DNA of 64,000 nt from Actinomycetes bacterium (GTDB lineage Bacteria > Actinomycetota > Acidimicrobiia > Acidimicrobiales > Ilumatobacteraceae), in assembly GCA_014190095.1 (NCBI GenBank), contig BJFW01000002.1, forward strand, positions 2,800 to 66,799, written 5' to 3'. Every line of letters starts with the position of its first letter. Within the stretch, counting starts at the first letter, position 1. Positions 11,050-23,414 of the stretch are shown here, piece after piece. Both the position numbers and the translations under genes were made by a program. The notes under the pieces are model-generated. The model was not told where the DNA came from. It did not search any database and was given only the letters and a program-made list of their open reading frames with translations.

Positions 11050-11646
11050 ATGCGAGTTCACGTAACGACACTGCAAGGTGGCCTGGTACAGGTACGCGTT
11101 GCTGCTGAAACCACCGAAGGTGGAACAGAAGCAAGCGTTGCTGAAACCACAGGACCGAACCCGATCGCACCAGAGGGCAAAGAGCTCTTCTGGGGTGCTG
11201 GTTCGTTCCTCGTGTTCCTGGTCATCATGCGCGTGTTCTTGTTCCCTCGGATTAAAAAGGGAATGGACGCTCGTTACAACGGCATTCGCGAAGACTTTGA
11301 GTCGGCCGACTCAACTCGATCGGCCGCAAAGTCGGACGTGTCGAAGTACGAGGCTGAAATTGCAGCGGTTCGCGCCGAAGCAGCAGCACGCGTCGACAAG
11401 GCACGCCAAACATTGGATCAAGAACGCGGCAGCAAGATTGCTGAAGCCAACGCTCGCATCGCCACGAAGCGCGCAGCAGCAGAAGCAGAGCTTGAAGCGG
11501 CACGCAACGCAGTACGCGACCAAGTGGCCGCAGCCGTTGCATCGGTAACTGAACACACCACGCAGCTTGCAGTGGGCAAGTCTCCTGACGCGAGTGTTGT
11601 TCAGAAAGCCGTGCAACAAGTAATGCAGACTGGAGCACGTTCATGA
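11050..11646 (+). CDS. atpF: F0F1 ATP synthase subunit b
   Basis: 198 aa. One N-terminal TM helix (LFWGAGSFLVFLVIM) follows NPIAPEG, then a long Ala/Glu/Arg/Lys-rich helix. Confidence 0.85.
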   Translation: MRVHVTTLQGGLVQVRVAAETTEGGTEASVAETTGPNPIAPEGKELFWGAGSFLVFLVIMRVFLFPRIKKGMDARYNGIREDFESADSTRSAAKSDVSKYEAEIAAVRAEAAARVDKARQTLDQERGSKIAEANARIATKRAAAEAELEAARNAVRDQVAAAVASVTEHTTQLAVGKSPDASVVQKAVQQVMQTGARS

Positions 11647-12188
11647 TGGCGCACGTCATCTCATTGTTGGCGGCTGAAGACCCAACACAGACACACAGCT
11701 GGATATTGCCGGAAACCGCCGAAATCATTTATGGCGGCTTGGCAACCGTCATCGTTGTCGGCGCGTTGGTGAAATTTGCTGGACCAACGATCAAAAAGAG
11801 CTTTTCGGCTCGTACTGAAAGAATTCAGAAGGAGCTCGACGATGCGGCGGCCGCAAAGGTGGCTGCAGAAAGCGATGCTCAGAATATTCGTAAAGCATTG
11901 GGTGATGTTGCCGCAGAGCGCGCACGAATTTTGGCTGAAGCAGATGCACAAGCTGCTGCGGTGCTGGCCGAAGGTCGTACACGGATGTCGGCAGAAGTTG
12001 CTGAACTTGAAGCAAAAGCAGAGGCAGAAATTGCCGCTGCACGTGGACGCGGATCAGATGAACTGCGTAACGAAATTGCATTTCTGGCATCGCGTGCGAC
12101 GCCAATTGTGGTTGCTGCAACGCTCAATGATCAGATCCACAAGGACCTCGTAGAAAACTTCATTTCGAAGGTTGGAGCAGGGCGATGA
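11643..12188 (+). CDS. atpF: second b-type ATP synthase stator subunit (b')
   Basis: 181 aa with the same architecture (SWILPETAEIIYGGLATVIVVGALV TM helix plus charged helix). ATGA overlaps on both sides. Confidence 0.8.
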   Translation: MMAHVISLLAAEDPTQTHSWILPETAEIIYGGLATVIVVGALVKFAGPTIKKSFSARTERIQKELDDAAAAKVAAESDAQNIRKALGDVAAERARILAEADAQAAAVLAEGRTRMSAEVAELEAKAEAEIAAARGRGSDELRNEIAFLASRATPIVVAATLNDQIHKDLVENFISKVGAGR

Positions 12189-12712
12189 GTAACTCAAAAG
12201 TAAAGGCATACGCACAGGCATTGTTCGCCATTGCGCAGGCCGAAGGTGCAGCCGATGCTATTAGCAACGAGCTGTATGCAGTTGCACGCGCATATGAGTC
12301 GAGCGATGAATTACGCAACGTTCTAAGCGATGCAACCATTCCATCTGAGCGTCGTTTGCAAGTTGTTGAACAATTGATTGGTACTCGCGCAAATCGCGCA
12401 ACAGTGCAAATCGTGTCAATGATTGTTGCAAGTGGCCAGGTTCGCGAACTGCCTGCGGTGTTTGATGAAGTCATTGCACTTTCATCTGCTGGCAACAACC
12501 AAGACCTCGCTGAAGTACGGAGTGCAGTTGCACTCACGGACGATCAGCAAACTCGTTTGGCTGCAGCGCTGAGCAAAGCAACTGGCAAAGCCGTGAACTT
12601 GAAGGTTGTTGTAGATCCAAGCGTTATTGGTGGGCTTGTTGCCACTGTTGGCGACAAAGTAATTGACGACACCGTTCGCACCCGCCTCGACAATTTGAAG
12701 ACCCGAATCTGA
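12185..12712 (+). CDS. atpH: F0F1 ATP synthase subunit delta (OSCP)
   Basis: 175 aa. OSCP-like N-terminus (AYAQALFAIAQAEG) and C-terminal VDPSVIGGLVATVGDKVIDDTV. Confidence 0.88.
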   Translation: MSNSKVKAYAQALFAIAQAEGAADAISNELYAVARAYESSDELRNVLSDATIPSERRLQVVEQLIGTRANRATVQIVSMIVASGQVRELPAVFDEVIALSSAGNNQDLAEVRSAVALTDDQQTRLAAALSKATGKAVNLKVVVDPSVIGGLVATVGDKVIDDTVRTRLDNLKTRI

Positions 12713-12735
12713 TTTCGTTCTGAAAGGACAAACAC

Positions 12736-14334
<1,599 letters not shown>

Positions 14335-14338
14335 ATAG

Positions 14339-15238
14339 ATGGCTGGCGGTCAAGAGCGTATTCTGCGCGGACGAATTCGTTCCGTGCAGGCGACGAAAAA
14401 GATTACACGTGCAATGGAGTTGATCGCTGCTTCGCGCATCGTCAAAGCCCAGCAACGTGTAATTGCCGCCGTTCCCTATTCCGAGATGATTACTGAAGTA
14501 GTGAAGGACTTGGCCGCAAGTGGTGCTGGTAGTGATTCGCCGTTCTTGAAGACTCGTGAAAACATCAAAACAACTTGCTACGTGGCCATTACCGCTGACC
14601 GCGGTTTGTGCGGCGGTTACAACTCTGGTGTGCTTCGTGCAACTGAAGGCGAAGTCAAGGCTGACGTTCTTGCCGGCAAGGACTACTTGGTGGTTCCGGT
14701 AGGTCGCAAGGCCGAGGGGTACTTCCGTTTCCGTGGATACAAAATCGGCACCGGTTTTGCTGGTTTTTCTGATGCGCCTGGATATTCAGATGCAAAGTCA
14801 ATTGGTGAATACGTTGTGGATTTGTATGTCAAGGGAATCGTTGATCGCGTAGAGCTTGTCTACACACGATTCGTTTCTGCAGGAACTCAAGAAGTCGTTC
14901 GTCGTCCACTCGTTCCGCTCGATCAGCAAGTTGTTGAAGGTGGCGATGGAAAGTCGGCATCAAACAGTGACTACGAATTTGAACCAGATCCATCAGTAAT
15001 TCTTGAAACTTTGTTGCCTCGTTATGTTGAAGCACGCGTGTACGCAGCGCTTCTCAACGCGGCAGCCAGTGAACACGCTGCACGTCAGCGCGCAATGAAG
15101 TCGGCAACTGATAACGCAGAAGAGCTGATCAAGACTCTTTCGCGCATTATGAACCGTGCACGTCAAGACTCGATTACAACAGAAATTATGGAAATTGTGG
15201 GCGGCGCTGAAGCACTCGGCTCTGGCAAGTCCGCTTAA
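14339..15238 (+). CDS. atpG: F0F1 ATP synthase subunit gamma
   Basis: 299 aa. N-terminal RIRSVQATKKITRAMELIAASR and C-terminal ITTEIMEIVGGAEAL. Confidence 0.95.
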   Translation: MAGGQERILRGRIRSVQATKKITRAMELIAASRIVKAQQRVIAAVPYSEMITEVVKDLAASGAGSDSPFLKTRENIKTTCYVAITADRGLCGGYNSGVLRATEGEVKADVLAGKDYLVVPVGRKAEGYFRFRGYKIGTGFAGFSDAPGYSDAKSIGEYVVDLYVKGIVDRVELVYTRFVSAGTQEVVRRPLVPLDQQVVEGGDGKSASNSDYEFEPDPSVILETLLPRYVEARVYAALLNAAASEHAARQRAMKSATDNAEELIKTLSRIMNRARQDSITTEIMEIVGGAEALGSGKSA

Positions 15239-15253
15239 TAGTTTGAGAAATAG

Positions 15254-16701
<1,448 letters not shown>

Positions 16702-16702
<1 letters not shown>

Positions 16703-17127
16703 TGGCTTCAACCGGTGCCCTTCGCGTAGAACTGGTTTCGCCAGAGCGCGTGCTGTTTTCAGGTGAGGCCAAACAGGTCATCACCCGCACGCTCGACGGT
16801 GGCGAAATTGCGTTCTTGCCAGGGCACACTGCGTTCCTCGGCGCTCTTACCGAGTGTCATACGCGCATCTACCTTTCTGATGGAAAAGTGCAAGATGTTG
16901 CGGTGCATGGTGGTTTCGTAGAAGTTGCACCCGATCACGTCACGATTCTTTCCGACTCTGCAGAACTTGCAGAGTCAATAGATATCTCTCGTGCGCGTGC
17001 TGCAAAGGAGCGTGCAGAGGCTGCAATTCGTGGCGAGCACGATGCGACGGTTGAATCTGCTTTGCGTCGTGCCCATGCGCGACTGTCTGCCGCTGGCGGA
17101 CTAACCGAGACGCGTGCCGCGCACTAA
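16702..17127 (+). CDS. atpC: F0F1 ATP synthase subunit epsilon
   Basis: 141 aa. N-terminal beta-sandwich pattern (LRVELVSPERVLFSGEA) and a C-terminal helical hairpin. The start overlaps the atpD stop (TAATG). Confidence 0.9.
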
Positions 17128-17899
17128 CTATCCATTTACGCAAGCACTCATCACGGGTGCTTCAAGCGGCATCGGGGAACAGATGGCGCACATGTTGGGC
17201 AAAGCAGGAGTACCGATGGTTCTCGTTGCTCGCCGTGGTGATCGCTTGCAAACTATTGCCGATCAATACAAAAACGTTGAAGTATTAACAGCAGATTTGC
17301 TGACTATAGAAGGCGTGGCAGCGGTCGAAGCGCGATTGCGCGACACAGCAAAGCCACCAGTTGACTTCGTTGTCAACAATGCTGGCTTTGGAACGTCGGG
17401 CCCAATGCATCGCATTGACCCCAATCGTTTAGCCAATGAAGTGCAACTCAACGTGGTTGCACTCATGCGCATAACAAGTGCTGCGGTAAACCTCATGCTG
17501 CCTCGCGGTCGCGGGTACATCTTGAATGTGTCCAGTGTTGCTGGCTTCCAGGCTCAACCAGGACTCGCCGTGTATTCAGCAACGAAGGCATTTGTTACTA
17601 GCTTCACCGAAGCAGTGCATCAAGAACTTACAAACACCGGCATCCGCGTAACTGCTTTGTGCCCTGGCCTAACAAAGACTGAATTTCAGTCGGTGTCAAA
17701 CACGAGCAAATATGAAAGCAAATTCCCGGCAGTGGCATGGACCTCGGTGAAGTTGGTTGCACGTACGGGAATCAATGGAGTCATCAAGGGTAAGCCAATT
17801 GTGGTGCCAGGAATTTTGTATAAGACAATGGTCGGAATTGTCGACGTATTGCCACGCAGTGTGGGCCGTTGGTTTATCGGCCTCTTTATGCGCCGCTAA
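17114..17899 (+). CDS. short-chain dehydrogenase/reductase family oxidoreductase
   Basis: 261 aa. TGASSGIG cofactor motif, NNAG, and catalytic YSATKAF. Confidence 0.85.
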   Translation: MPRTNYPFTQALITGASSGIGEQMAHMLGKAGVPMVLVARRGDRLQTIADQYKNVEVLTADLLTIEGVAAVEARLRDTAKPPVDFVVNNAGFGTSGPMHRIDPNRLANEVQLNVVALMRITSAAVNLMLPRGRGYILNVSSVAGFQAQPGLAVYSATKAFVTSFTEAVHQELTNTGIRVTALCPGLTKTEFQSVSNTSKYESKFPAVAWTSVKLVARTGINGVIKGKPIVVPGILYKTMVGIVDVLPRSVGRWFIGLFMRR

Positions 17900-17905
17900 A
17901 CACGC

Positions 17906-18898
17906 TCACTTCGTATCGGTTGACGAGTAAGCCGCGAGGCGATCGTGGCGATGATGGGTGTCGATGTAACGGATCGTTCCGCTTCGACTGCGCATCACCA
18001 AGCTATGACTACGTGCGCCGTATGCGTCGTATCGCACACCGCGCAATAGTTCTCCGTCGGTCACTCCCGTTGCAGCAAAGAAGATGTCTTCTCCACTTAT
18101 GAGGTCGTCGGTAGTGAGTACTTTATTGAGGTCGTAACCAGCATCTTCGGCGGCTTTGCGTTCTGCGTCGTTACGAGCATGAAGACGACCGATGATTTCA
18201 CCACCCATTGCTTTCAAGGCTGCTGCTGCTACAACACCTTCTGGCGTTCCACCTATACCGAACAAAATATCGACACCTACTTCTGGTGAAGCAGCAGCAA
18301 TTGCTGCGAAAATGTCGCCGTCAGAAATGAGGCGAATACGAGCACCAGTTGAACGAACCTCGGCAATCAGATCGTTGTGGCGGTCACGTTCAAGAATCAT
18401 GACAGTGAGTTCGCTGACGAGTTTCTTCGTTGCACGTGCAACTTCTTGCAAGTTCTTTGTTGGCGACCAGTCGAGGTCTACTGCGTGCGCTGCTTCAGGA
18501 CCCACAGCAATTTTGTCCATGTACACGCACGGGCCAGGGTTAAACATGGAACCGCGCTCGGAAACTGCAATAACGGAAAGCGCATTTCCACGACCAAGCG
18601 AGGTGAGGGTTGTGCCGTCAATTGGGTCAACGGCAACGTCGGTATTTGGCATGCTGCCGTTACCGACGCGCTCGCCGTTGTAAAGCATTGGGGCTTCGTC
18701 TTTTTCGCCTTCACCAATAACCACAATGCCGTCCATGCTCACCGTGTCAAGCACGTTGCGCATGGCATCTACTGCTGCGCCGTCGGCGGCGTTCTTATCG
18801 CCTCGACCCACCCAGCTGGAGGCTGCGAGTGCTGCGGATTCGGTGACGCGCACCAGTTCCATTGCGAGGTTACGGTCGGGTCTTTCGCGTGCTGGCAT
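17906..18898 (-). CDS. glpX: class II fructose-1,6-bisphosphatase
   Basis: 330 aa. GlpX-type N-terminus ([17 protein letters not shown]) and metal-site [10 protein letters not shown]. Confidence 0.93.
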   Translation of the reverse strand: MPARERPDRNLAMELVRVTESAALAASSWVGRGDKNAADGAAVDAMRNVLDTVSMDGIVVIGEGEKDEAPMLYNGERVGNGSMPNTDVAVDPIDGTTLTSLGRGNALSVIAVSERGSMFNPGPCVYMDKIAVGPEAAHAVDLDWSPTKNLQEVARATKKLVSELTVMILERDRHNDLIAEVRSTGARIRLISDGDIFAAIAAASPEVGVDILFGIGGTPEGVVAAAALKAMGGEIIGRLHARNDAERKAAEDAGYDLNKVLTTDDLISGEDIFFAATGVTDGELLRGVRYDAYGARSHSLVMRSRSGTIRYIDTHHRHDRLAAYSSTDTK

Positions 18899-18954
18899 GG
18901 CTCAAAATCTAGTCGCAATTCGCATTTGGACTGAAACGAAGTAGCGTTCGGGAC

Positions 18955-19395
18955 ATGAGCGATTGGAACCCCAAAGACCCAGAGGCGCTCACCACGCGTT
19001 ACGACCTTGCCGATTGGTCGGTCGACGATCGAGCCGATGTTGCTGCAGCACTTGCAGATGCAGAAATCGCCCATTCATGGGATGGATCGGAGTTGTTGGT
19101 TGCTCAAGACACCGAACAAGTTGTTGACGCAATTTTGGATGAGATTGAAGACGAACTTGACAATCATGAAGATGGAGACGACGAGTCGGGCGAAGACAAC
19201 ATCACCGAATATGAATTAGATGAATGGTCGGAAGGCGAGCGCAAGCAGCTGTGCGACATGCTCGACAATTTAGACATTGGTTACCGCTGGGATGGCACAA
19301 TGTTGCTCGTTCCAATTGGAGTTGAAGCAATTGTTGACTCTTGCTTGGACTCAATTGATAGTCGTGGCGTAACGTTTGTAGATGACAACAACTGA
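18955..19395 (+). CDS. hypothetical acidic protein made of two ~52-aa tandem repeats
   Basis: 146 aa. Residues 15-66 and 85-136 align at offset 70 (Y[DE]Lx[DE]WS...WDGxxLLV...VDxxLDxI). No family recognised. Confidence 0.6.
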   Translation: MSDWNPKDPEALTTRYDLADWSVDDRADVAAALADAEIAHSWDGSELLVAQDTEQVVDAILDEIEDELDNHEDGDDESGEDNITEYELDEWSEGERKQLCDMLDNLDIGYRWDGTMLLVPIGVEAIVDSCLDSIDSRGVTFVDDNN

Positions 19396-20107
19396 AACTT
19401 CGGGTCAATCTGAGGTTCTAGCCGAAGTGGAGTTTTGGCACTCCAGACCAATTACTCCGACACGGCGGTTGTCTCTCGGTGGGCTCAACTTGCCTATAGA
19501 CCCAACTCCTGGACTTGGCGGAATCTTGCTTGGTGCAATTGTTGCTGCTCATGCTGGAGAGGTTCACGAAGATTTGATTCCCGATGTACATCGTTTGATT
19601 TCACAAATTGAACAAGGTGATCGCATTGTGCAACCACGATTGCGTCATCGCTTTCAGGCCGACAGACATGGTCTTGCTCGAAGTGTTCATCGCATGATTG
19701 GCGAAAATGATTCCATTCGATTTGAGTTTTCTGAAGGTGGAACACCATTGCAACACGTGCTTGGGGCCGTGTATGTGCTTGAACGATTAGACCCAAGCAT
19801 TCGCAAGAGACTTGCTCCTCTGTTGTTGAAGGCAATGAAGTGGCGTGGGCCCCTCAATCAAGCGTTTGTTGCATACTTGGCAGGTAGCAATGCATCATCC
19901 ATTGCTGCAATGGCAGACCCACGAGCATGGGCACTTGAAATGCTGGGTTTCCCACCAGGAACGGTGAAGCCGTCCAAGCGTGAAATTCAAGTTCGATTCC
20001 GCGAAAGTTTGCGCGATGTGCACCCAGACCACGGCGGTGATTCGCGAACGGCAAGTGCAAACATCAACGACTTAAGCGAAGCACGTCGCGTCTTACTGAG
20101 CTCATAG
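19382..20107 (+). CDS. J-domain-containing protein with unassigned N-terminal domain
   Basis: 241 aa. C-terminal J domain with HPD (FRESLRDVHPDHGGD; HPD codons at 20021-20029). Overlaps the previous ORF by 14 nt. Confidence 0.65.
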   Translation: MTTTETSGQSEVLAEVEFWHSRPITPTRRLSLGGLNLPIDPTPGLGGILLGAIVAAHAGEVHEDLIPDVHRLISQIEQGDRIVQPRLRHRFQADRHGLARSVHRMIGENDSIRFEFSEGGTPLQHVLGAVYVLERLDPSIRKRLAPLLLKAMKWRGPLNQAFVAYLAGSNASSIAAMADPRAWALEMLGFPPGTVKPSKREIQVRFRESLRDVHPDHGGDSRTASANINDLSEARRVLLSS

Positions 20108-20111
20108 CCCT

Positions 20112-20678
20112 ATGGTGCGCGGGGTGGTGCTGTTTCCTGGTGCAGGAAGTAGTCGAGACCATGGTGCGCTCATTGCCATTGAGAATCAACTCAGCCCACT
20201 TCCTGTGCTGCGAGTCGACTTTCCGTATCGCAAGGCGGGAAAAAAGTTTCCAGACAAGACACCGGTGTTGGTGCAGTGTGTGAAGGATGAAGTGCGAACA
20301 GTCGCCAAATCACTTGGATGTGAGACGACTGACCTGGTGATCGGCGGTCGTTCTATGGGTGGTCGTATGTGCACCATGGCAACGTCAGACGAAAAGGACG
20401 CTTTGCAAGTTGCAGGCGTGGTGTGCATTGGTTATCCACTGCATCCGCCCAAAAAACCGGATCAATTACGAACCGAGCACCTGCCACGATTGACTACACG
20501 TGCACTGTTTATTAGCGGAACCCGCGACGAGTTCGGAACCCCCGACGAGTTGGCGAGCGCGTTTTCATTGCTTCCTTCACCACCTGCTGTTCACCTCATT
20601 GAGGGTGGTCGCCACGAACTAAAGGGCCACGATGAACACGTGGCCACACTGTTACAGAACTGGCTACGAACCCTGTAG
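20112..20678 (+). CDS. alpha/beta hydrolase (KANL3/Tex30-like predicted hydrolase)
   Basis: 188 aa. Nucleophile-elbow-like GGRSMGGR, then ISGTRDEFG and a C-terminal GGRHEL. Confidence 0.7.
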   Translation: MVRGVVLFPGAGSSRDHGALIAIENQLSPLPVLRVDFPYRKAGKKFPDKTPVLVQCVKDEVRTVAKSLGCETTDLVIGGRSMGGRMCTMATSDEKDALQVAGVVCIGYPLHPPKKPDQLRTEHLPRLTTRALFISGTRDEFGTPDELASAFSLLPSPPAVHLIEGGRHELKGHDEHVATLLQNWLRTL

Positions 20679-21944
20679 GTGAGCGTCTTCGGGGTTGATG
20701 TCTTCGAGTTCGCGATGTGCGGTTTCTGGGTATTTCGCCGCAACGAGCGCTGCAACGATGACAGGGCCCAATGCAAAAGTGAGCATGACGCGCCCGTATG
20801 ACATGCCGTTGTCGAGCAGATAGCCGGCGACGATTAGTCCAACGCTTCCGCCAATAAGCGAAGCAACCATGATGAGAATGGAAGCCATATTGCGGTGTGC
20901 GGTTGGGAAAAGTTCGCTGCGAAACACCGCCATTGCTGGATATGAAACTCCAAGCAGCACGCCACCAACAATTGCAAAGAGCCACATTGCAAAACCCTGC
21001 AGTGCAAATGACGAAGCAAACAGCAATGTTCCTGTTGGCACGGTGACAATGGCTACTGCTTTGCGCCCTATCTTGTCGGCAAGGCGACCGCCAGCAACTA
21101 ATCCAACTGTTGCAGGGATTGTAGTGAGAGTGATGAACGCTGAAATCTCGAGTGCCGAATATCCACGCACATCTTTGAGGTAACGCGACTGAAAAATTGA
21201 TGCAGTTGCTACGAATATATTGGTGAGCACGGCTACGACAACTTGAAGCCACAAACGGTCACGGTGAATATGGGTTTCTACATCAGTGTGGTGAATTTGC
21301 TCTTCATGTAGTGCGAGGAATCGTTGCGTTTCAGGAAGCGAGCGAGTAAGAACATACGCCACGGCCAACCAGGCAATGCCAATCAAATAGACAAGCCGCC
21401 AGGATGATTCGGAAATTCCTGCAAGCGGAATTGCTCCAACAGCAGAACCTGCACCAACACCACTACCCACAGCCAAAATGCTGAGAGCCCATGCCCGCGT
21501 GTTGTTTCCCATTTCTTCAGTCGCAAACACCAACACAAATACGGTGAGTGCGATGCCAAGTGGCCGCCCAATAGTTTGTGTTGCAACGAGGAATGTAAAC
21601 GACGGCGAAAGTGCGCCAAGTGAAATGATGAGCGGCGCAATCCAGGCAAGACCAATGATGACGCGACGCCTTCCAACTTTGTCTGCGTATGAGGCAATAG
21701 GGATAGCGATGATCACGCCCCAGCGCACGATGGCTGCAGCAAAACCCTGGCCTTGTTCGGAAATATTGAATTCGGTCGATGCATATGCAACGGTTTGTGT
21801 AAATACGGTGTTCACGTAGGCGGCAGGAAGACATGCAAGCCAGAGCAATTTGAGCACGCTTTTTTGTCGAGCAGTGAGTGGCTCAGGCGCAGAAAAACCC
21901 CATATTCGGCTGTTTTTCCTAGGGTAAGTGCTACTTATTGCCAC
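20664..21944 (-). CDS. MFS transporter
   Basis: 426 aa with about 12 predicted TM helices. MFS loop motif-like ADKVGRRRV and LADKIGRKAV in the two halves. Confidence 0.8.
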   Translation of the reverse strand: MAISSTYPRKNSRIWGFSAPEPLTARQKSVLKLLWLACLPAAYVNTVFTQTVAYASTEFNISEQGQGFAAAIVRWGVIIAIPIASYADKVGRRRVIIGLAWIAPLIISLGALSPSFTFLVATQTIGRPLGIALTVFVLVFATEEMGNNTRAWALSILAVGSGVGAGSAVGAIPLAGISESSWRLVYLIGIAWLAVAYVLTRSLPETQRFLALHEEQIHHTDVETHIHRDRLWLQVVVAVLTNIFVATASIFQSRYLKDVRGYSALEISAFITLTTIPATVGLVAGGRLADKIGRKAVAIVTVPTGTLLFASSFALQGFAMWLFAIVGGVLLGVSYPAMAVFRSELFPTAHRNMASILIMVASLIGGSVGLIVAGYLLDNGMSYGRVMLTFALGPVIVAALVAAKYPETAHRELEDINPEDAHLQGS

Positions 21945-21967
21945 TGCGCGAGCATACTGATTGCGTC

Positions 21968-23224
21968 ATGCAGATCGTCGTTGAGCATTCCGAAGCACTT
22001 CGGGGCGAGGTTCAGGTTCCGGGAGCCAAGAATTCGGTTCTCAAGCTGATGGCCGTCACCCTGTTGGCTGAGGGCGAATATCGCCTAACCAATGTTCCTG
22101 ATATTGCCGATGTTGACACCATGTGCGATCTACTGCGAGCTCTTGGAGTGCAGTCAAAAAGAATTGGCACACATGAACTGTTGTTGACCAACTCGGGAAA
22201 CATCACACCAATTGCTCCTTTTGAGTACGTAGATCGCATTCGTGCATCCATCAATGTGCTTGGGCCACTTGTAGGCCGGTACGGCAGTGCAGATATTGCA
22301 ATGCCAGGTGGCGATGACTTCGGTTCGCGACCAATTGATTTGCATGTGATGGGCCTAGAGGCAATGGGCGCAAAGTTTGAACTGAGCAAAGAGGGCATTC
22401 GTGCAACAGCAAAAGAATTGCGTGGTGCATCAGTTGAACTGAAGTTTCCAAGTGTTGGCGCAACCGAAAACATTTTGACGGCTGCAGTCTTAGCCAATGG
22501 TGTGACAGTAATTGATAACGCTGCGCGAGAGCCAGAAATTGTTGACTTGTGCAACATGCTCGTGGACATGGGTGCAGTCATTTCGGGAATTGGCACCGAT
22601 CGACTCTCTATCACTGGCGTGAAGCAAAATCAGTTGCACTCCACAGATCACGAAGTAGTGAACGACCGCGTTCAAGCCGCTACCTATATTTCTGCTGTTG
22701 CCGTAACTCGCGGTGACGTATTCGTTCGAGGCGCACGTGCAGAGCATATGGAAATGCTGATCAATCGATTTTCTGAAATGGGTGTAGGCATCACTCCACA
22801 GCAAGATGGTTTGCATGTGAACTGTCACGGACGATTGCTCTCGATCGATTTTGCAACACTTCCATACCCAGGAATTGCAACTGATTACAAGCCATTGCTC
22901 GTTGGCATGTTGGCCGTTTCAGACGGGACAGGAATTGCTACGGAGAATTTGTATCCAGGTCGTTTTCGGTATGTCGATGAGTTAATGAAACTTGGTGCCG
23001 ACGTGCGTATTGATGGGCATCATGCCGTGGTGCGTGGAGTGGAACAGCTTGTTGGCGCACCGGTGAATGCTCCAGATATTCGTGCTGGCGCCGCACTTGT
23101 CGTGGCTGGTTTGGTTGCAACTGGGCAGACCATTGTGAGCGACATCCATCACATCGATCGCGGGTACGACGATCTAGTTGGTCGTTTGACGGCCCTTGGT
23201 GCCAGGATTACTCGGCGTTCGTAG
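21968..23224 (+). CDS. murA: UDP-N-acetylglucosamine 1-carboxyvinyltransferase
   Basis: 418 aa counted from the ATG at 21968. Has VPGAKNSVLKLM and an active-site loop PGGDDFGSRPIDLH, with Asp where E. coli has Cys115. Confidence 0.96.
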   Translation: MQIVVEHSEALRGEVQVPGAKNSVLKLMAVTLLAEGEYRLTNVPDIADVDTMCDLLRALGVQSKRIGTHELLLTNSGNITPIAPFEYVDRIRASINVLGPLVGRYGSADIAMPGGDDFGSRPIDLHVMGLEAMGAKFELSKEGIRATAKELRGASVELKFPSVGATENILTAAVLANGVTVIDNAAREPEIVDLCNMLVDMGAVISGIGTDRLSITGVKQNQLHSTDHEVVNDRVQAATYISAVAVTRGDVFVRGARAEHMEMLINRFSEMGVGITPQQDGLHVNCHGRLLSIDFATLPYPGIATDYKPLLVGMLAVSDGTGIATENLYPGRFRYVDELMKLGADVRIDGHHAVVRGVEQLVGAPVNAPDIRAGAALVVAGLVATGQTIVSDIHHIDRGYDDLVGRLTALGARITRRS

Positions 23225-23414
23225 CCAAGGTTTCATCAGAATCGGCAATGCGCTTAGCGGCAATGCGTTCAGCGCGCCGAGTTGCCTTCCAAAGCACGAG
23301 CACAATCACGAGAATTGGTCCAGCAACGAGCAGGATTTCATCCCAACCACCTTGGTGAGCAAGCACCCCCGTATCGTAGAGGCTTGAAGATGAATTGGAG
23401 TATTCAGTGAGCAT
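23208..23414 (-). CDS. possible small single-pass membrane protein
   Basis: 68-aa ORF (LAHQGGWDEILLVAGPILVIVLVLWKATRR...). It overlaps the murA 3' end by 17 nt and the nfu start region. There is no clear SD, so it is weakly supported. Confidence 0.3.
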   Translation of the reverse strand: MLTEYSNSSSSLYDTGVLAHQGGWDEILLVAGPILVIVLVLWKATRRAERIAAKRIADSDETLATNAE

